DNA from: a virus
Strand: one strand, 5' to 3'
DNA: 64,000 bases
Virus record (IMG/VR): IMGVR_UViG_3300037461_001096
Span: 64,001 to 128,000 of that record
Under the pieces are notes generated by a model. That model had not been told where the DNA came from, did not search any database, and saw only the letters and a list, made by a program, of their open reading frames with translations. Below, one piece after another: positions 8,808-18,026 of this stretch. Numbering within the stretch: the stretch's first letter is position 1; each line of letters opens with the position of its first letter. The translations under genes and the position numbers were made by a program.

Positions 8808-8893
8808 CCTTTTTGGTGTACTGGTTTGTACACTTCTAAAAACATTACATTTTATCTAGCAGTGTTAACGGAGTGTGCTAGGTAACGTTCAGC

Positions 8894-9799
8894 GTGAATT
8901 TTGGAGACCCATATGAAATTCTCGGTGTATCTCTCGGAGCAAGCCTAGAAGAGATAAAAAAAGCATATAAGAGACTTGCAACTCAATTACATCCAGATGC
9001 GGGGGGCGACCCAGCTGAATTTAGAAAATTGACAGACGCGTATAACACGCTTCGAGAAAAAATCGAATCCAAAGAATCAGATCCGATTTTTTGCGAAGAT
9101 GCTTCTGTGACGTTAGAATTAACACTCGAAGAAATGGCTTTCGGATGTCAAAAGTATATTTCAGTAAAAATCGGGAAGATTTTATGCAAGACATGTTCTG
9201 GAAGCGGGGCCATGGCTGGGTCACCAATGATGCCTTGTATCTCATGTTTAGGAACTGGTAAAATTCCAAGTGCATGGGGGTTCAGAACTTCAGACAGAAG
9301 TTGTTCAACTTGTCGGGGTGCTGGCACAACTCCAGCACAGAAATGTCGATCGTGTCTTGGGAAGGGAACGACAGAAGGCGACGCTTCTGTACGTGTGAAT
9401 ATTCCGCCCGGGGTGGAACACGGACAGGGGTTATGCTTTTCTGGTAATTTAGGTGGATTCCAGGGTCGGCTTTTCGTGACCATTATCGGACTACCACATG
9501 ATAGGTTTGAACGAATTGGAAACGACATAGTTACCCAGCATAAAATTGGGGTATGTGAAGCAATAATCGGAGCTTCTGGCTCGACAACTGGACTAGATGG
9601 ACAAGGATTGGGTTTCAAAATTAGGCCGGGGACACAATCAGGAGAGCGTATAATTGTAACGGGGGCTGGGATTCGAAACTCCCAAACGGGTCAAATCGGT
9701 GATTTGATAATCATTGCCAAAATAGAGGTACCAAATAAACTGACACCGCGGGCTATGAAACTTGTTGAAGAGTTATCCGATGCGCTCACCCGCAAATAA
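8894..9799 (+). CDS. dnaJ: DnaJ-family chaperone
   Basis: N-terminal J-domain (DPYEILGV...LHPD), four CxxCxGxG repeats and a C-terminal substrate-binding domain; lacks the G/F-rich linker. Confidence 0.92.
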   Translation: MNFGDPYEILGVSLGASLEEIKKAYKRLATQLHPDAGGDPAEFRKLTDAYNTLREKIESKESDPIFCEDASVTLELTLEEMAFGCQKYISVKIGKILCKTCSGSGAMAGSPMMPCISCLGTGKIPSAWGFRTSDRSCSTCRGAGTTPAQKCRSCLGKGTTEGDASVRVNIPPGVEHGQGLCFSGNLGGFQGRLFVTIIGLPHDRFERIGNDIVTQHKIGVCEAIIGASGSTTGLDGQGLGFKIRPGTQSGERIIVTGAGIRNSQTGQIGDLIIIAKIEVPNKLTPRAMKLVEELSDALTRK

Positions 9800-10253
9800 C
9801 GACATACCGTGAATCACGCCAAGCCATCACTATATCTTTAACTAATTCTTGTGCTGCAGACATGCTGTTGGTGAAATTATCCGGGTCAGTGACATAATAG
9901 TCCCAACATTTTGGGAAACTTTTATTTTTGCCAACAAATTGTGTCGTGCAGCTGGCATTTGCTGACGCGCAGCTTTTAAAGCTAGAACAAATTGGCTTGT
10001 CGATTTTCATGAGTGCACCAATGGGGGGAGTCTTCAACAACTTTTCCAGGGGTTTGGTGTGTCCGATTTTGGCATCGTCCATGACGTTTGGTGGAGCCTT
10101 TGTACATAATGCTAAAATTGGGGCTATAGCACGTTTTGCGTTTGGGTCTGAAAAAGCCCTAGCACACCATGAGTCCAACGCTCCCACCACAACTTCTGAA
10201 ATTGCAAGTTTCTCGCCGGTTGATAAAACCAGTGAATATTCAAACGTATACAT
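9786..10253 (-). CDS. hypothetical Cys-containing protein
   Basis: 155-aa ORF coupled to the upstream CHC2 gene. Confidence 0.6.
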   Translation of the reverse strand: MYTFEYSLVLSTGEKLAISEVVVGALDSWCARAFSDPNAKRAIAPILALCTKAPPNVMDDAKIGHTKPLEKLLKTPPIGALMKIDKPICSSFKSCASANASCTTQFVGKNKSFPKCWDYYVTDPDNFTNSMSAAQELVKDIVMAWRDSRYVVICG

Positions 10254-10848
10254 CCTGTTTTACTCCGCCCATCATGTTTCTAAGCTTGGATAAGGCTATG
10301 GACATCTGAGGTAAAGGCTGGCCACCGTTATGATCCAAGTCCCACCTGATGGCATCAAGGATTCTACACCATTTTATGTAATCAGTCATGGGTACGCTGT
10401 TTCGTAAGCGCAATAATTTTGCTTCCAGCATATCCATGACTCGCGGAATGTCGTCCCATGCCTTTGATTGATACTGTCCGTTTCTATCTTCCGGGGCCTC
10501 AATATCAGTTTCTGGACGACGAGGAACTTTAATATTGAATCGGCGTTCAAGTTCAGACAAAGCCCCCATAAACTTCAGATTATGAAGTTTCCCAAAGATA
10601 TCAATCCCCCGCATATGAAGTTTGCATGTAAAACAATGAAAATGCGGGTCCTGACCGGCATAATACCTTGCCGACGGGGTGTTGTCCGGCCCATGCCATG
10701 GGCACCGTATTTGTAACTCTGTATCTTTATCTATCAGCTCGATCCCTGCTTCGAGCATAGCGTCGTATGTGGTGTACTTCTTAGACACTGCGTTTACACG
10801 TGCTTTTATCCATTCTCGATCGTCTATTGTAGACGGTCTGTTTCTCAT
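10240..10848 (-). CDS. stand-alone CHC2 zinc-finger (DnaG primase zinc-binding domain) protein
   Basis: CPWHGPDNTPS....HFHCFTC...GIDIF...LKFMGALSELERRFNI; no TOPRIM domain in the ORF. Confidence 0.85.
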   Translation of the reverse strand: MRNRPSTIDDREWIKARVNAVSKKYTTYDAMLEAGIELIDKDTELQIRCPWHGPDNTPSARYYAGQDPHFHCFTCKLHMRGIDIFGKLHNLKFMGALSELERRFNIKVPRRPETDIEAPEDRNGQYQSKAWDDIPRVMDMLEAKLLRLRNSVPMTDYIKWCRILDAIRWDLDHNGGQPLPQMSIALSKLRNMMGGVKQDVYV

Positions 10849-11459
10849 GGAAAAACAGCTGTTGGGAAGTTTCCCGTATAGTCAGCTTCAACAGTGTTAT
10901 AACTAACTGTTAGCTTTCCAAGCTCCCGGCAAGTTGGGCGTAGCTGGTGCATGCACCATCCTTGCTCTGGCTCTTGGACCTTAAGGGAGGATCGCCAAAA
11001 GCGTTCTATATGGGATAGGGTATACAGCATGTCTGCCGGAGGATCTGAAGCCCCAACATACAACCCCGGTGTATGGCCTTCCTGCTTAATAGCATAACTC
11101 CACGAGTCTACCCATTCACACGTCTTTTCGTTCGAAGCATTATGGCCGTTAAGGTTCAACCAAACTGTCATCGGGGGCAGCTTCAATTTATCGATTGTGA
11201 TTAGTGCAATGTTTGCGTCTTGAGCCCCAACACTTGAACTTGGAACCCAACCTGGGGCTCTAAATGGAGTAGAAATCATTAGCCCTAGGCCCGAGTTAAT
11301 AATCGTGGCAACTTCATCATTTGTTAGCCCGTACTTCCCATGAAGATGTCGTACAACAAAGGAAACATGTGAAACTCGAAGCATGTTACAGGCTGAAGCA
11401 TCGAGCCTGCACACTGTATCAATTCCAACTGACGGTGGATTTACTGGTTTAACTTGCAT
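10845..11459 (-). CDS. DUF1906/GH25-like TIM-barrel glycoside hydrolase-like protein
   Basis: GIDT...FVVRHL...LTNDEVATIINSGLGL...G..DA...VWLNL...GHTPGLYVG resembles Rv2525c-like muramidases. Confidence 0.6.
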   Translation of the reverse strand: MQVKPVNPPSVGIDTVCRLDASACNMLRVSHVSFVVRHLHGKYGLTNDEVATIINSGLGLMISTPFRAPGWVPSSSVGAQDANIALITIDKLKLPPMTVWLNLNGHNASNEKTCEWVDSWSYAIKQEGHTPGLYVGASDPPADMLYTLSHIERFWRSSLKVQEPEQGWCMHQLRPTCRELGKLTVSYNTVEADYTGNFPTAVFP

Positions 11460-11542
11460 GTTGTCTCCGTATTTCTAACGATTATGGTCACACTCCAGTG
11501 TAACTAAGCAATAACACAAGTCTACATTCCGTTTTTACAGCA

Positions 11543-11920
11543 TTAAGTTAGCATCACTTCTTCGATTAAAACAACCTCGCATCCATTCATCGGGTGTGAT
11601 CCTCCATATGTGATAGCCGAGCATTTTGGGCATCTATATACCATAACTGCCATGTGCTTACTAGGCCCTTTTGCACTTAATTTAAATTTATTCTTTGAGA
11701 CTAGACTAACCTCCACTTCGGCCAGATTGACAAAGTCTTCGACTGCCATACACGCATCGACAAATGCCTGCTTTAGTGGCGTATCGATACCGTTTCCAGT
11801 AAGACCTGGAGCGATGTCGATGTCTGATTTATACTTGCGATTCCAAAATTTACCGTTGAATTTCATGCCTCTGTCTACTTGTGATAGGCTAAAATTTACG
11901 GCTAAATCACGAGATCTCAA
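11543..11920 (-). CDS. hypothetical protein with C-terminal CxxC..H..C
   Basis: 125-aa ORF with a TTG start. Confidence 0.5.
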   Translation of the reverse strand: MRSRDLAVNFSLSQVDRGMKFNGKFWNRKYKSDIDIAPGLTGNGIDTPLKQAFVDACMAVEDFVNLAEVEVSLVSKNKFKLSAKGPSKHMAVMVYRCPKCSAITYGGSHPMNGCEVVLIEEVMLT

Positions 11921-11924
11921 ATTG

Positions 11925-13688
11925 TCATTTGTTCAGCAGATCACACCATCTCCATCTGGTTTTTCCATAATCCCAGATTTTTGTATATCCCTGGTTTCTT
12001 CTAAAACTGTTTTCAGTTTCATAACATCCTTCCGGCTTTCTAAGTGATGACTTGTGGTGTCTAACTCTATTTTTCACCCAATAGTAATCAGGACGTATTT
12101 GACCATCGTTACGAAATCCCATTAGCTCATAAACACGACCCGTAAACAGCCTGTTATCCGAAAATGTTATTATCGACTGTACGCCATTTGATTTCGTAAA
12201 CAATTGCAAAATTTTAGACCAAATACCATGTACATGATATTTGGGGTTCATAGCCATTCTTGAGATTTCATATTCGCCAAAGCATTTCTGGCGCACAGGC
12301 TTACGGAATGAAATACACCCTATCAACTCTTCGGCGTGAAAAACTCCGTAGTGAATCGAAGATGGTGCACCGCCAATATAATGGAATTGTTCATAAAACT
12401 CGAAGGCATACTTGGCAGAAAGTACTTTAATAACACAATTGTTTGGACGAATTTTCTTAGGTTTATTGCAGCCAAGTCTATTGGCTATGATTGACTTCAT
12501 TATATCGCATTTCTTTTCCCATTCATCTTCAAACAAAACGATTATGTTATATCCGTTTTCTTTCGCCAATGCGAATTTTCTGGCATCCCTTTGACGGGAT
12601 AAGACCCCGGAGTGCCATCTCAAACCATTGAGTTCTATAAGCAATTTTTTGTCTGGAATGGCTATATCGTACGGGACACCATTCACCAAAAATTCACATA
12701 TAACATTTTCCCCGATAGATTTTATGAACTCTGCCAACTGTCGATTCCACCTGGGAATCGTGTCATTCGTACACCCACATGTGAGTGAAATACCACGTTT
12801 TATGGAGTGAAGGTACGGACGATATGTGTTTGAACAAGCTGGACAGATTGCCTTAAATGAGTCCGTTGTGTTGAAAACCACTTCTAATGGAACAACACCT
12901 CCAGGAGGAAAATCAGCTTTTGAAGCCGGGCATTTTATACCACGGATCTTCTCTTTGTTTTCTTCATACCATAAATCAACCAGAGTATGACACAGCCCAC
13001 ACTTTGTGGTAACGCGTCTAGTTATACTACCTATTTGAATGTTCTTAACGACGCCACAACGACACTTAAAAGGAAGTTTTTTCTTGCTTCCTGGTGACAC
13101 AGTCGCTGATTCGCCATAATAAGTGAAATCAAAATACTCTTGACCGTGTTCGAGAAAGATTTCGTTGCATCTCCCACAAGTTTTGGCTAGTCCAGTAGTA
13201 ACTGTTCTTATCGATCTCTCACTAGACTTACCGCATTTACACTGAAACAATAGTTTATTCGGAGAATTTGCAAACACTTCAACAGTTTGACCTAGATACT
13301 TAAATCCAAAATATTCGTCGCCGTGTTTCAACGAGATTTTTGAACATTTACCACAGCTTCTGATTTTACCATTGAAAACGAGTTTTGCCTGGACTGTCTT
13401 ATCATTTCCACACGAACATCTGAACTGAATTAATTTATTACTACCAGCACTTATCTTGATATCCTGTCCGAGGTATGCCAGACTTCCGTACGTGTCTTTG
13501 TGTTTTAAAGTCACGTCATTGCAATGACCACATGTTTTCTGGCCATTTGATATATTGGCCACTTTTGCGGTAAACACGTGACCACACATACACTTAAATA
13601 ACAGTTTTTTAGAACTCTTCGGATTTATTTCTATCGGATCTCCAACATAGGAGAAGTTTCCATACGTTATACTATGAGTCAAACGCAC
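11925..13688 (-). CDS. Zn-ribbon repeats + Vsr/DUF559-type endonuclease + Mom-like GNAT domain (free-standing homing-endonuclease-like gene)
   Basis: Four ~59-aa CxCG...CGxC repeats plus a variant copy; nuclease motif YDIAIP...IELNGLRWHS...RDARK; GNAT motifs HYIG...EISRM...TFSDNRLFTGRVY. Likely GTG start at 13688 (the ORF track starts at 13763). Confidence 0.8.
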   Translation of the reverse strand: MRLTHSITYGNFSYVGDPIEINPKSSKKLLFKCMCGHVFTAKVANISNGQKTCGHCNDVTLKHKDTYGSLAYLGQDIKISAGSNKLIQFRCSCGNDKTVQAKLVFNGKIRSCGKCSKISLKHGDEYFGFKYLGQTVEVFANSPNKLLFQCKCGKSSERSIRTVTTGLAKTCGRCNEIFLEHGQEYFDFTYYGESATVSPGSKKKLPFKCRCGVVKNIQIGSITRRVTTKCGLCHTLVDLWYEENKEKIRGIKCPASKADFPPGGVVPLEVVFNTTDSFKAICPACSNTYRPYLHSIKRGISLTCGCTNDTIPRWNRQLAEFIKSIGENVICEFLVNGVPYDIAIPDKKLLIELNGLRWHSGVLSRQRDARKFALAKENGYNIIVLFEDEWEKKCDIMKSIIANRLGCNKPKKIRPNNCVIKVLSAKYAFEFYEQFHYIGGAPSSIHYGVFHAEELIGCISFRKPVRQKCFGEYEISRMAMNPKYHVHGIWSKILQLFTKSNGVQSIITFSDNRLFTGRVYELMGFRNDGQIRPDYYWVKNRVRHHKSSLRKPEGCYETENSFRRNQGYTKIWDYGKTRWRWCDLLNK

Positions 13689-13698
13689 GAGATCTCTT

Positions 13699-16600
13699 CT
13701 AGATAAATAGGTCTTGTGTTTGAAGAGTGGAAATGAAATTTGACGCTGACACAATGCTATCATTGTTTATATCGATGAGCATGGATTCAATAGCTCTCAT
13801 GCGTTTTGACATCCAAAAAATCTTGCCGATCATACGCTCGAATATGGGATTGTCTCTGTTTTTCAGATTACCCATGTAAAATTTCCCCTCCTTGCGGAGT
13901 TGATCATTTAGATAAGTCCAAGTAATGACATCAGCGCTTTTCTCACAGTTGTGGGAAAAGAAACCACCAGTCGAGTACTCATGATCGCCGGTCACTTCCA
14001 GGTCGAAAACTCGTCCGCTCCCAAATTTTTCAATGGAAGCAATTCGATGCGGTCTCATTTTGGTGGCCAGTGTCCGCAATTCTGAAACATCATTTCCGCC
14101 GACGTCATTTATGGTATTTAGTGTTTCCATGAAGGCATTGTGTGGAACATGATCATTGTCACTGTTCAAAACACGGTTGGTTTTCCTCGTGAACTGTCCT
14201 TGGTGCTTCGCACACACAGCACGTAGCGTTGATCCAACAGGCCATGATGTCGTGTTTTCAGCCTTGGTCAATGCTGAAAACTTATATACAAACTCCATCA
14301 GTTTTTCTTGTTTGCTTGGCTCAGTAAATCCAACTAACCTAGCAAACAACTCTCTCGAGTTGTGCGATCTGATTCTGAGACATGCTTCATCGGATTTTTT
14401 ACTATTTAAGGAGGCTCGTTTGTCATAAACGGTGGTTTCAATTCCAAGCTTGGCGAACAACAATTGCAGTTGCAACAGGGTGGGTTTCATTTCGTTTCTT
14501 AAACCAATATTCACAATTCCTTGTGAACTCACACACCCATAAGTATCCATGATGCCTTGAATGAAAGTAATTACCATCGACCTTGGCGCTTGCAGAATGA
14601 CCAAGGGAATGCCTGGTCGGCGGTTCACACTGCGCACAAACACCCCATCGCCTGCATGCGCACCCATCAGGTATGCAAGCTGTTCTGTAAGCTTGGACTG
14701 TGTAGAGAAAGAATGCTCGCCATGCTGGACTTCCAATGGCGGAAGGTCTGGTGATTCAATTGGGAATTGGTTGTTATCGAAATCTGTCAGAATCATGTCT
14801 CCCAGTTGCATATCACTTACCTGTGCCCAAACAATTTTGCCATTCACCAGAGACCTGAATCTGTGCGATCCTGTAACAACCGCTTCTTGACCTCTATTTG
14901 TTTTGAGTTTGAAAACTTCCCTAACTCCATTGTCGAAGCAATTCAAGACCTCTTTCCACCCTGTGGAACTCCACACTCGGTGGACCCCTGGCTTTATCCG
15001 CTCTATCGGCACAAGGCCAAGCTGCGTTTGCACAAGCGTTCCTTCAATGTTACATTCATTGGCGTAGCTTATGGCGGCCATATCATAACGACCGTCATTT
15101 TTGTCGGCCCTAAGTTTACCCTGCCGGTTCATTTGAAATAGAGCAAGGACTGGCACACCTCGACCTCTGGCAAAATTTAGAGCCATCAGACGTCCATCAC
15201 GCACAACAGCATTCTGGGTTGTCACAAAGTCTGATGTGCGATGGCGAGGTTTCACTAGCCCCAAGTGGTCAATAACCACTCCGTCGCAGCCCCATTTATT
15301 ATGAAACATTTCAGCTTTGCGTCGGATCTCTAATATTCCGGCTTCATCTGGAGGACGCCATACGAAAAGCTTTCCCTTGGACGTTGCTTTAAAATCTTGT
15401 GCTACCTTCTTTAAACGTTCTTTATCCCTTGGGGAGAGCTCACCATCCCGCACTCTCCTATAATCAAGGCCAGTATATCTACGTTCTGGAGGAATTCCAA
15501 TTCGTTCATCCTCCTTCCACCATTCTGTCACAAATTTTCCATGTGATGAATGGATAACATATAGCTGACGTCGAAGTTGCTTGTATGGCATTTCAAGAAT
15601 GGCATAAAAAATGTTTTTTCCATACACATATGCGTTATTATATGCATAGTTCAAAGCCAGGCTAGTGTTGTGAGTGATAATGTCGTCAACCACGAAAGAA
15701 TGATGTTCTGGCACAGACATATCATATGTCATTTGTCTGCCCTTAGAAGCTATCGTACGGATTCTTTCCCAGCAGATGTCATTGTCAGCAGCGTTGCATG
15801 ACTGCTGAGACACTGCAGGATGCATACCGGGCAAGGACGAGTGTGGGTTGTCATCCACAGAGTGTAGGCTGTTTGCTATTGAATCTGACTCATTTTGCTC
15901 GATTATATACGGTGTTAAAGTCAAAAACCTTCTTTTAGACTGTGTCTCAACTATTTTGACAATCCAAACTGGACAAGATTTCCCGTTATACTTAATCTTA
16001 TGACTTGTGATTGTCGATTTGATGCCTAAACGTAAAAGCAATGACTGTATGTCCACACATAGACCATGCGATGCAGAATAATATTTTAAACCATTACGTT
16101 TATTCAAACTGACACGAGACCATAGAGCTCTGAGTAACAATATCACCTGATGTTCTGGTAATCCAAAGAATTCATCTGGTACACGCCTAAGACATCCTCC
16201 AGTTATCTCCACTTCCATATCCGTAAATTGCTCATTTGGATCCGGGACTAACATACTGCATGGTACGGCCACCAAATCACCCGGAGACAATTTGCCCAGG
16301 TATTTCCACCCATCAGGCGTCCAGAAACCATGGTTATTTGTGACTGTTGTAGCACGCCCCGATTCCAGTTTCACTTCATACACGTGTCTCACGCCATTTT
16401 GTAATACATGAGACACACGCGCCTGAACAAGTTTTGGTTCAGCACCTTCCTTATATAATGCTGTAACGACAGGCATATCACCGGATTCAAACACCTCATC
16501 CATACGTCTACGCCGTTTAGCAGCATGATCGTAAATAATGGAAGATCCCGCTACGCATTTGAGCTCGCCTGCGAAAGCTGTGTGAATCCAGTATTCACCC

Positions 16601-17214
16601 TGACGGTGCCCCCGGCAAACCGCATCAACAGGTTCAAGACCGAATAGATTCCGACCCGCGTATTTGTCCGTCTTTTCTACAGTGTCGTATTCTTGAAGAA
16701 TTTCTTCGGCATCGTCTGTCACTACACCTTCAAGTTTTTCACCCCCTTCAACTCTGGTGAAATCATGAAGTTTATCATAGACAAACCCAACAGCGTCTGT
16801 TATACCTTTTAAGACCTTCTTTCCATTCACAGGTTTATCAAGATTTCGTCCATGTTCAGCAACAACCGAGGCGTCGCGCATGAGAAGCATGAAATTTTTT
16901 ACTTGTTGTTTATCCTCCTCGGCTCTGACAATGGCAAGATAATTTGTCCCAATAAATGGCTGGGCATTCTTAATCTCGTCAAGCCGTGTCACGGCTTCTA
17001 TGTTATCTTCTTTTTCGAAGAATTCACGGACGATCCCGAAATCTGGCGGGGCCGCCATTTGCCCATAAAATTTTCGAATATACTCCCAAATCGCTTTATC
17101 CTCAACAGAGGAAAAATCAATAACATGTTCTTGAAGTTTGTTCCAATTCTTCAAACAGTCTTCAGCATCTGGAACAGTTCCGACTTGCATTAAGCTTCTC
17201 AGTATTCGATCCAA
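13699..17214 (-). CDS. dnaB: DnaB-like replicative helicase containing two inteins
   Basis: After removing the inteins: Walker A AFAGELK|TS, ILEM, Walker B VVIDHLGL, LFQMNRQG, ANE|CEKSAD and LKNRD. The extein is about 505 aa. Confidence 0.9.
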   Translation of the reverse strand: MDRILRSLMQVGTVPDAEDCLKNWNKLQEHVIDFSSVEDKAIWEYIRKFYGQMAAPPDFGIVREFFEKEDNIEAVTRLDEIKNAQPFIGTNYLAIVRAEEDKQQVKNFMLLMRDASVVAEHGRNLDKPVNGKKVLKGITDAVGFVYDKLHDFTRVEGGEKLEGVVTDDAEEILQEYDTVEKTDKYAGRNLFGLEPVDAVCRGHRQGEYWIHTAFAGELKCVAGSSIIYDHAAKRRRRMDEVFESGDMPVVTALYKEGAEPKLVQARVSHVLQNGVRHVYEVKLESGRATTVTNNHGFWTPDGWKYLGKLSPGDLVAVPCSMLVPDPNEQFTDMEVEITGGCLRRVPDEFFGLPEHQVILLLRALWSRVSLNKRNGLKYYSASHGLCVDIQSLLLRLGIKSTITSHKIKYNGKSCPVWIVKIVETQSKRRFLTLTPYIIEQNESDSIANSLHSVDDNPHSSLPGMHPAVSQQSCNAADNDICWERIRTIASKGRQMTYDMSVPEHHSFVVDDIITHNTSLALNYAYNNAYVYGKNIFYAILEMPYKQLRRQLYVIHSSHGKFVTEWWKEDERIGIPPERRYTGLDYRRVRDGELSPRDKERLKKVAQDFKATSKGKLFVWRPPDEAGILEIRRKAEMFHNKWGCDGVVIDHLGLVKPRHRTSDFVTTQNAVVRDGRLMALNFARGRGVPVLALFQMNRQGKLRADKNDGRYDMAAISYANECNIEGTLVQTQLGLVPIERIKPGVHRVWSSTGWKEVLNCFDNGVREVFKLKTNRGQEAVVTGSHRFRSLVNGKIVWAQVSDMQLGDMILTDFDNNQFPIESPDLPPLEVQHGEHSFSTQSKLTEQLAYLMGAHAGDGVFVRSVNRRPGIPLVILQAPRSMVITFIQGIMDTYGCVSSQGIVNIGLRNEMKPTLLQLQLLFAKLGIETTVYDKRASLNSKKSDEACLRIRSHNSRELFARLVGFTEPSKQEKLMEFVYKFSALTKAENTTSWPVGSTLRAVCAKHQGQFTRKTNRVLNSDNDHVPHNAFMETLNTINDVGGNDVSELRTLATKMRPHRIASIEKFGSGRVFDLEVTGDHEYSTGGFFSHNCEKSADVITWTYLNDQLRKEGKFYMGNLKNRDNPIFERMIGKIFWMSKRMRAIESMLIDINNDSIVSASNFISTLQTQDLFI
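13948..15054 (-). mobile_element. intein 2 (369 aa) in helicase motif H4 region, with LAGLIDADG remnants
   Basis: Begins CNIEGT; block B TGSHRF; LAYLMGAHAGDG and FIQGIMDTYG; ends FDLEVTGDHEYSTGGFFSHN followed by +1 Cys. Confidence 0.92.
15667..16557 (-). mobile_element. intein 1 (297 aa) in the helicase Walker A, with degenerate LAGLIDADG endonuclease
   Basis: Begins CVAGSS; block B TNNHGF; ends YDMSVPEHHSFVVDDIITHN followed by +1 Thr. Confidence 0.92.
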
Positions 17215-17222
17215 ATTATCCC

Positions 17223-18026
17223 CTATTCTCTACCGAAATTTTTCTTTTTATTTATGCCTGACCCGTATATTGATAAGTTGAAATTATCGTCATTATCAAC
17301 GGTAGGTAGATCTTTTGGTTTAGGTTTTATCCGCTTTTTTGTGGAATCAGGTGTGGTAATAGGGCTTTCCGGTTCTGACTGACTAGACCCAACGGGGGCG
17401 AGGTCAAATAAACCAGTTGTTTGACCTCGTGGTAAAATTGGGGATATCCGAATTTTTGGGAAAATTTCGATTAGGTCCCACAGGGATTCTGAATAAGCTG
17501 GACTGTTAGATATGAAAGGTCTGTCCATATCAGACACAAGCCAAGTCGGTTTGTCCTGATCTGAACGAATAACCAGTGCTTCTTCAAGTGCGCCAGCGGC
17601 TGCCTTATTTGGCCTAGTTATAGCATTTAGACGAATTACAGCCAACCCGGGGGGCCCTATGAAGTCCCCAACATTCTCAAAAGAGACTTCGTTTTCACTC
17701 CTACTCTTTTTGGACATATTCCCAACATAAGCATGCAGAATTTCATTATCAGAAGTCACACGCACAAACAGATTCACATGACGAAGCATAACGGCCTTCA
17801 CAATTGCCTTCATATCCGCCCACATGGCCAGTATAAACAAAGACTTGCAAGTCTGGTCATGAAGCTTCGGTGTCAAATGCTCAGGACGAAGCTCGGCAAT
17901 TCTTATATAGGGAGGCATAGATGCAGCCCGACGCCGCAAAAGAGCACAAATACATTCATATAGCTTGCCGTCTTTTTCCAGAATCCCAGATCCATTGCAT
18001 TTGCACCCTTCCATATTAAATTTCAA
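17223..18026 (-). CDS. DnaC/IstB-like helicase-loader homolog lacking Walker motifs
   Basis: N-terminal CxCxGxG...ECIC zinc site; C-terminal L..AL..R....KPTWLVSD resembles the DnaC sensor region; lies directly upstream of the helicase. Confidence 0.5.
   Translation of the reverse strand: MKFNMEGCKCNGSGILEKDGKLYECICALLRRRAASMPPYIRIAELRPEHLTPKLHDQTCKSLFILAMWADMKAIVKAVMLRHVNLFVRVTSDNEILHAYVGNMSKKSRSENEVSFENVGDFIGPPGLAVIRLNAITRPNKAAAGALEEALVIRSDQDKPTWLVSDMDRPFISNSPAYSESLWDLIEIFPKIRISPILPRGQTTGLFDLAPVGSSQSEPESPITTPDSTKKRIKPKPKDLPTVDNDDNFNLSIYGSGINKKKNFGRE

Noticed and set aside
11921-13698. Intron or third intein explaining the Zn-ribbon nuclease ORF
   Set aside because: The helicase ends intact before it, there are no splicing motifs, and the spacers are only a few nt.
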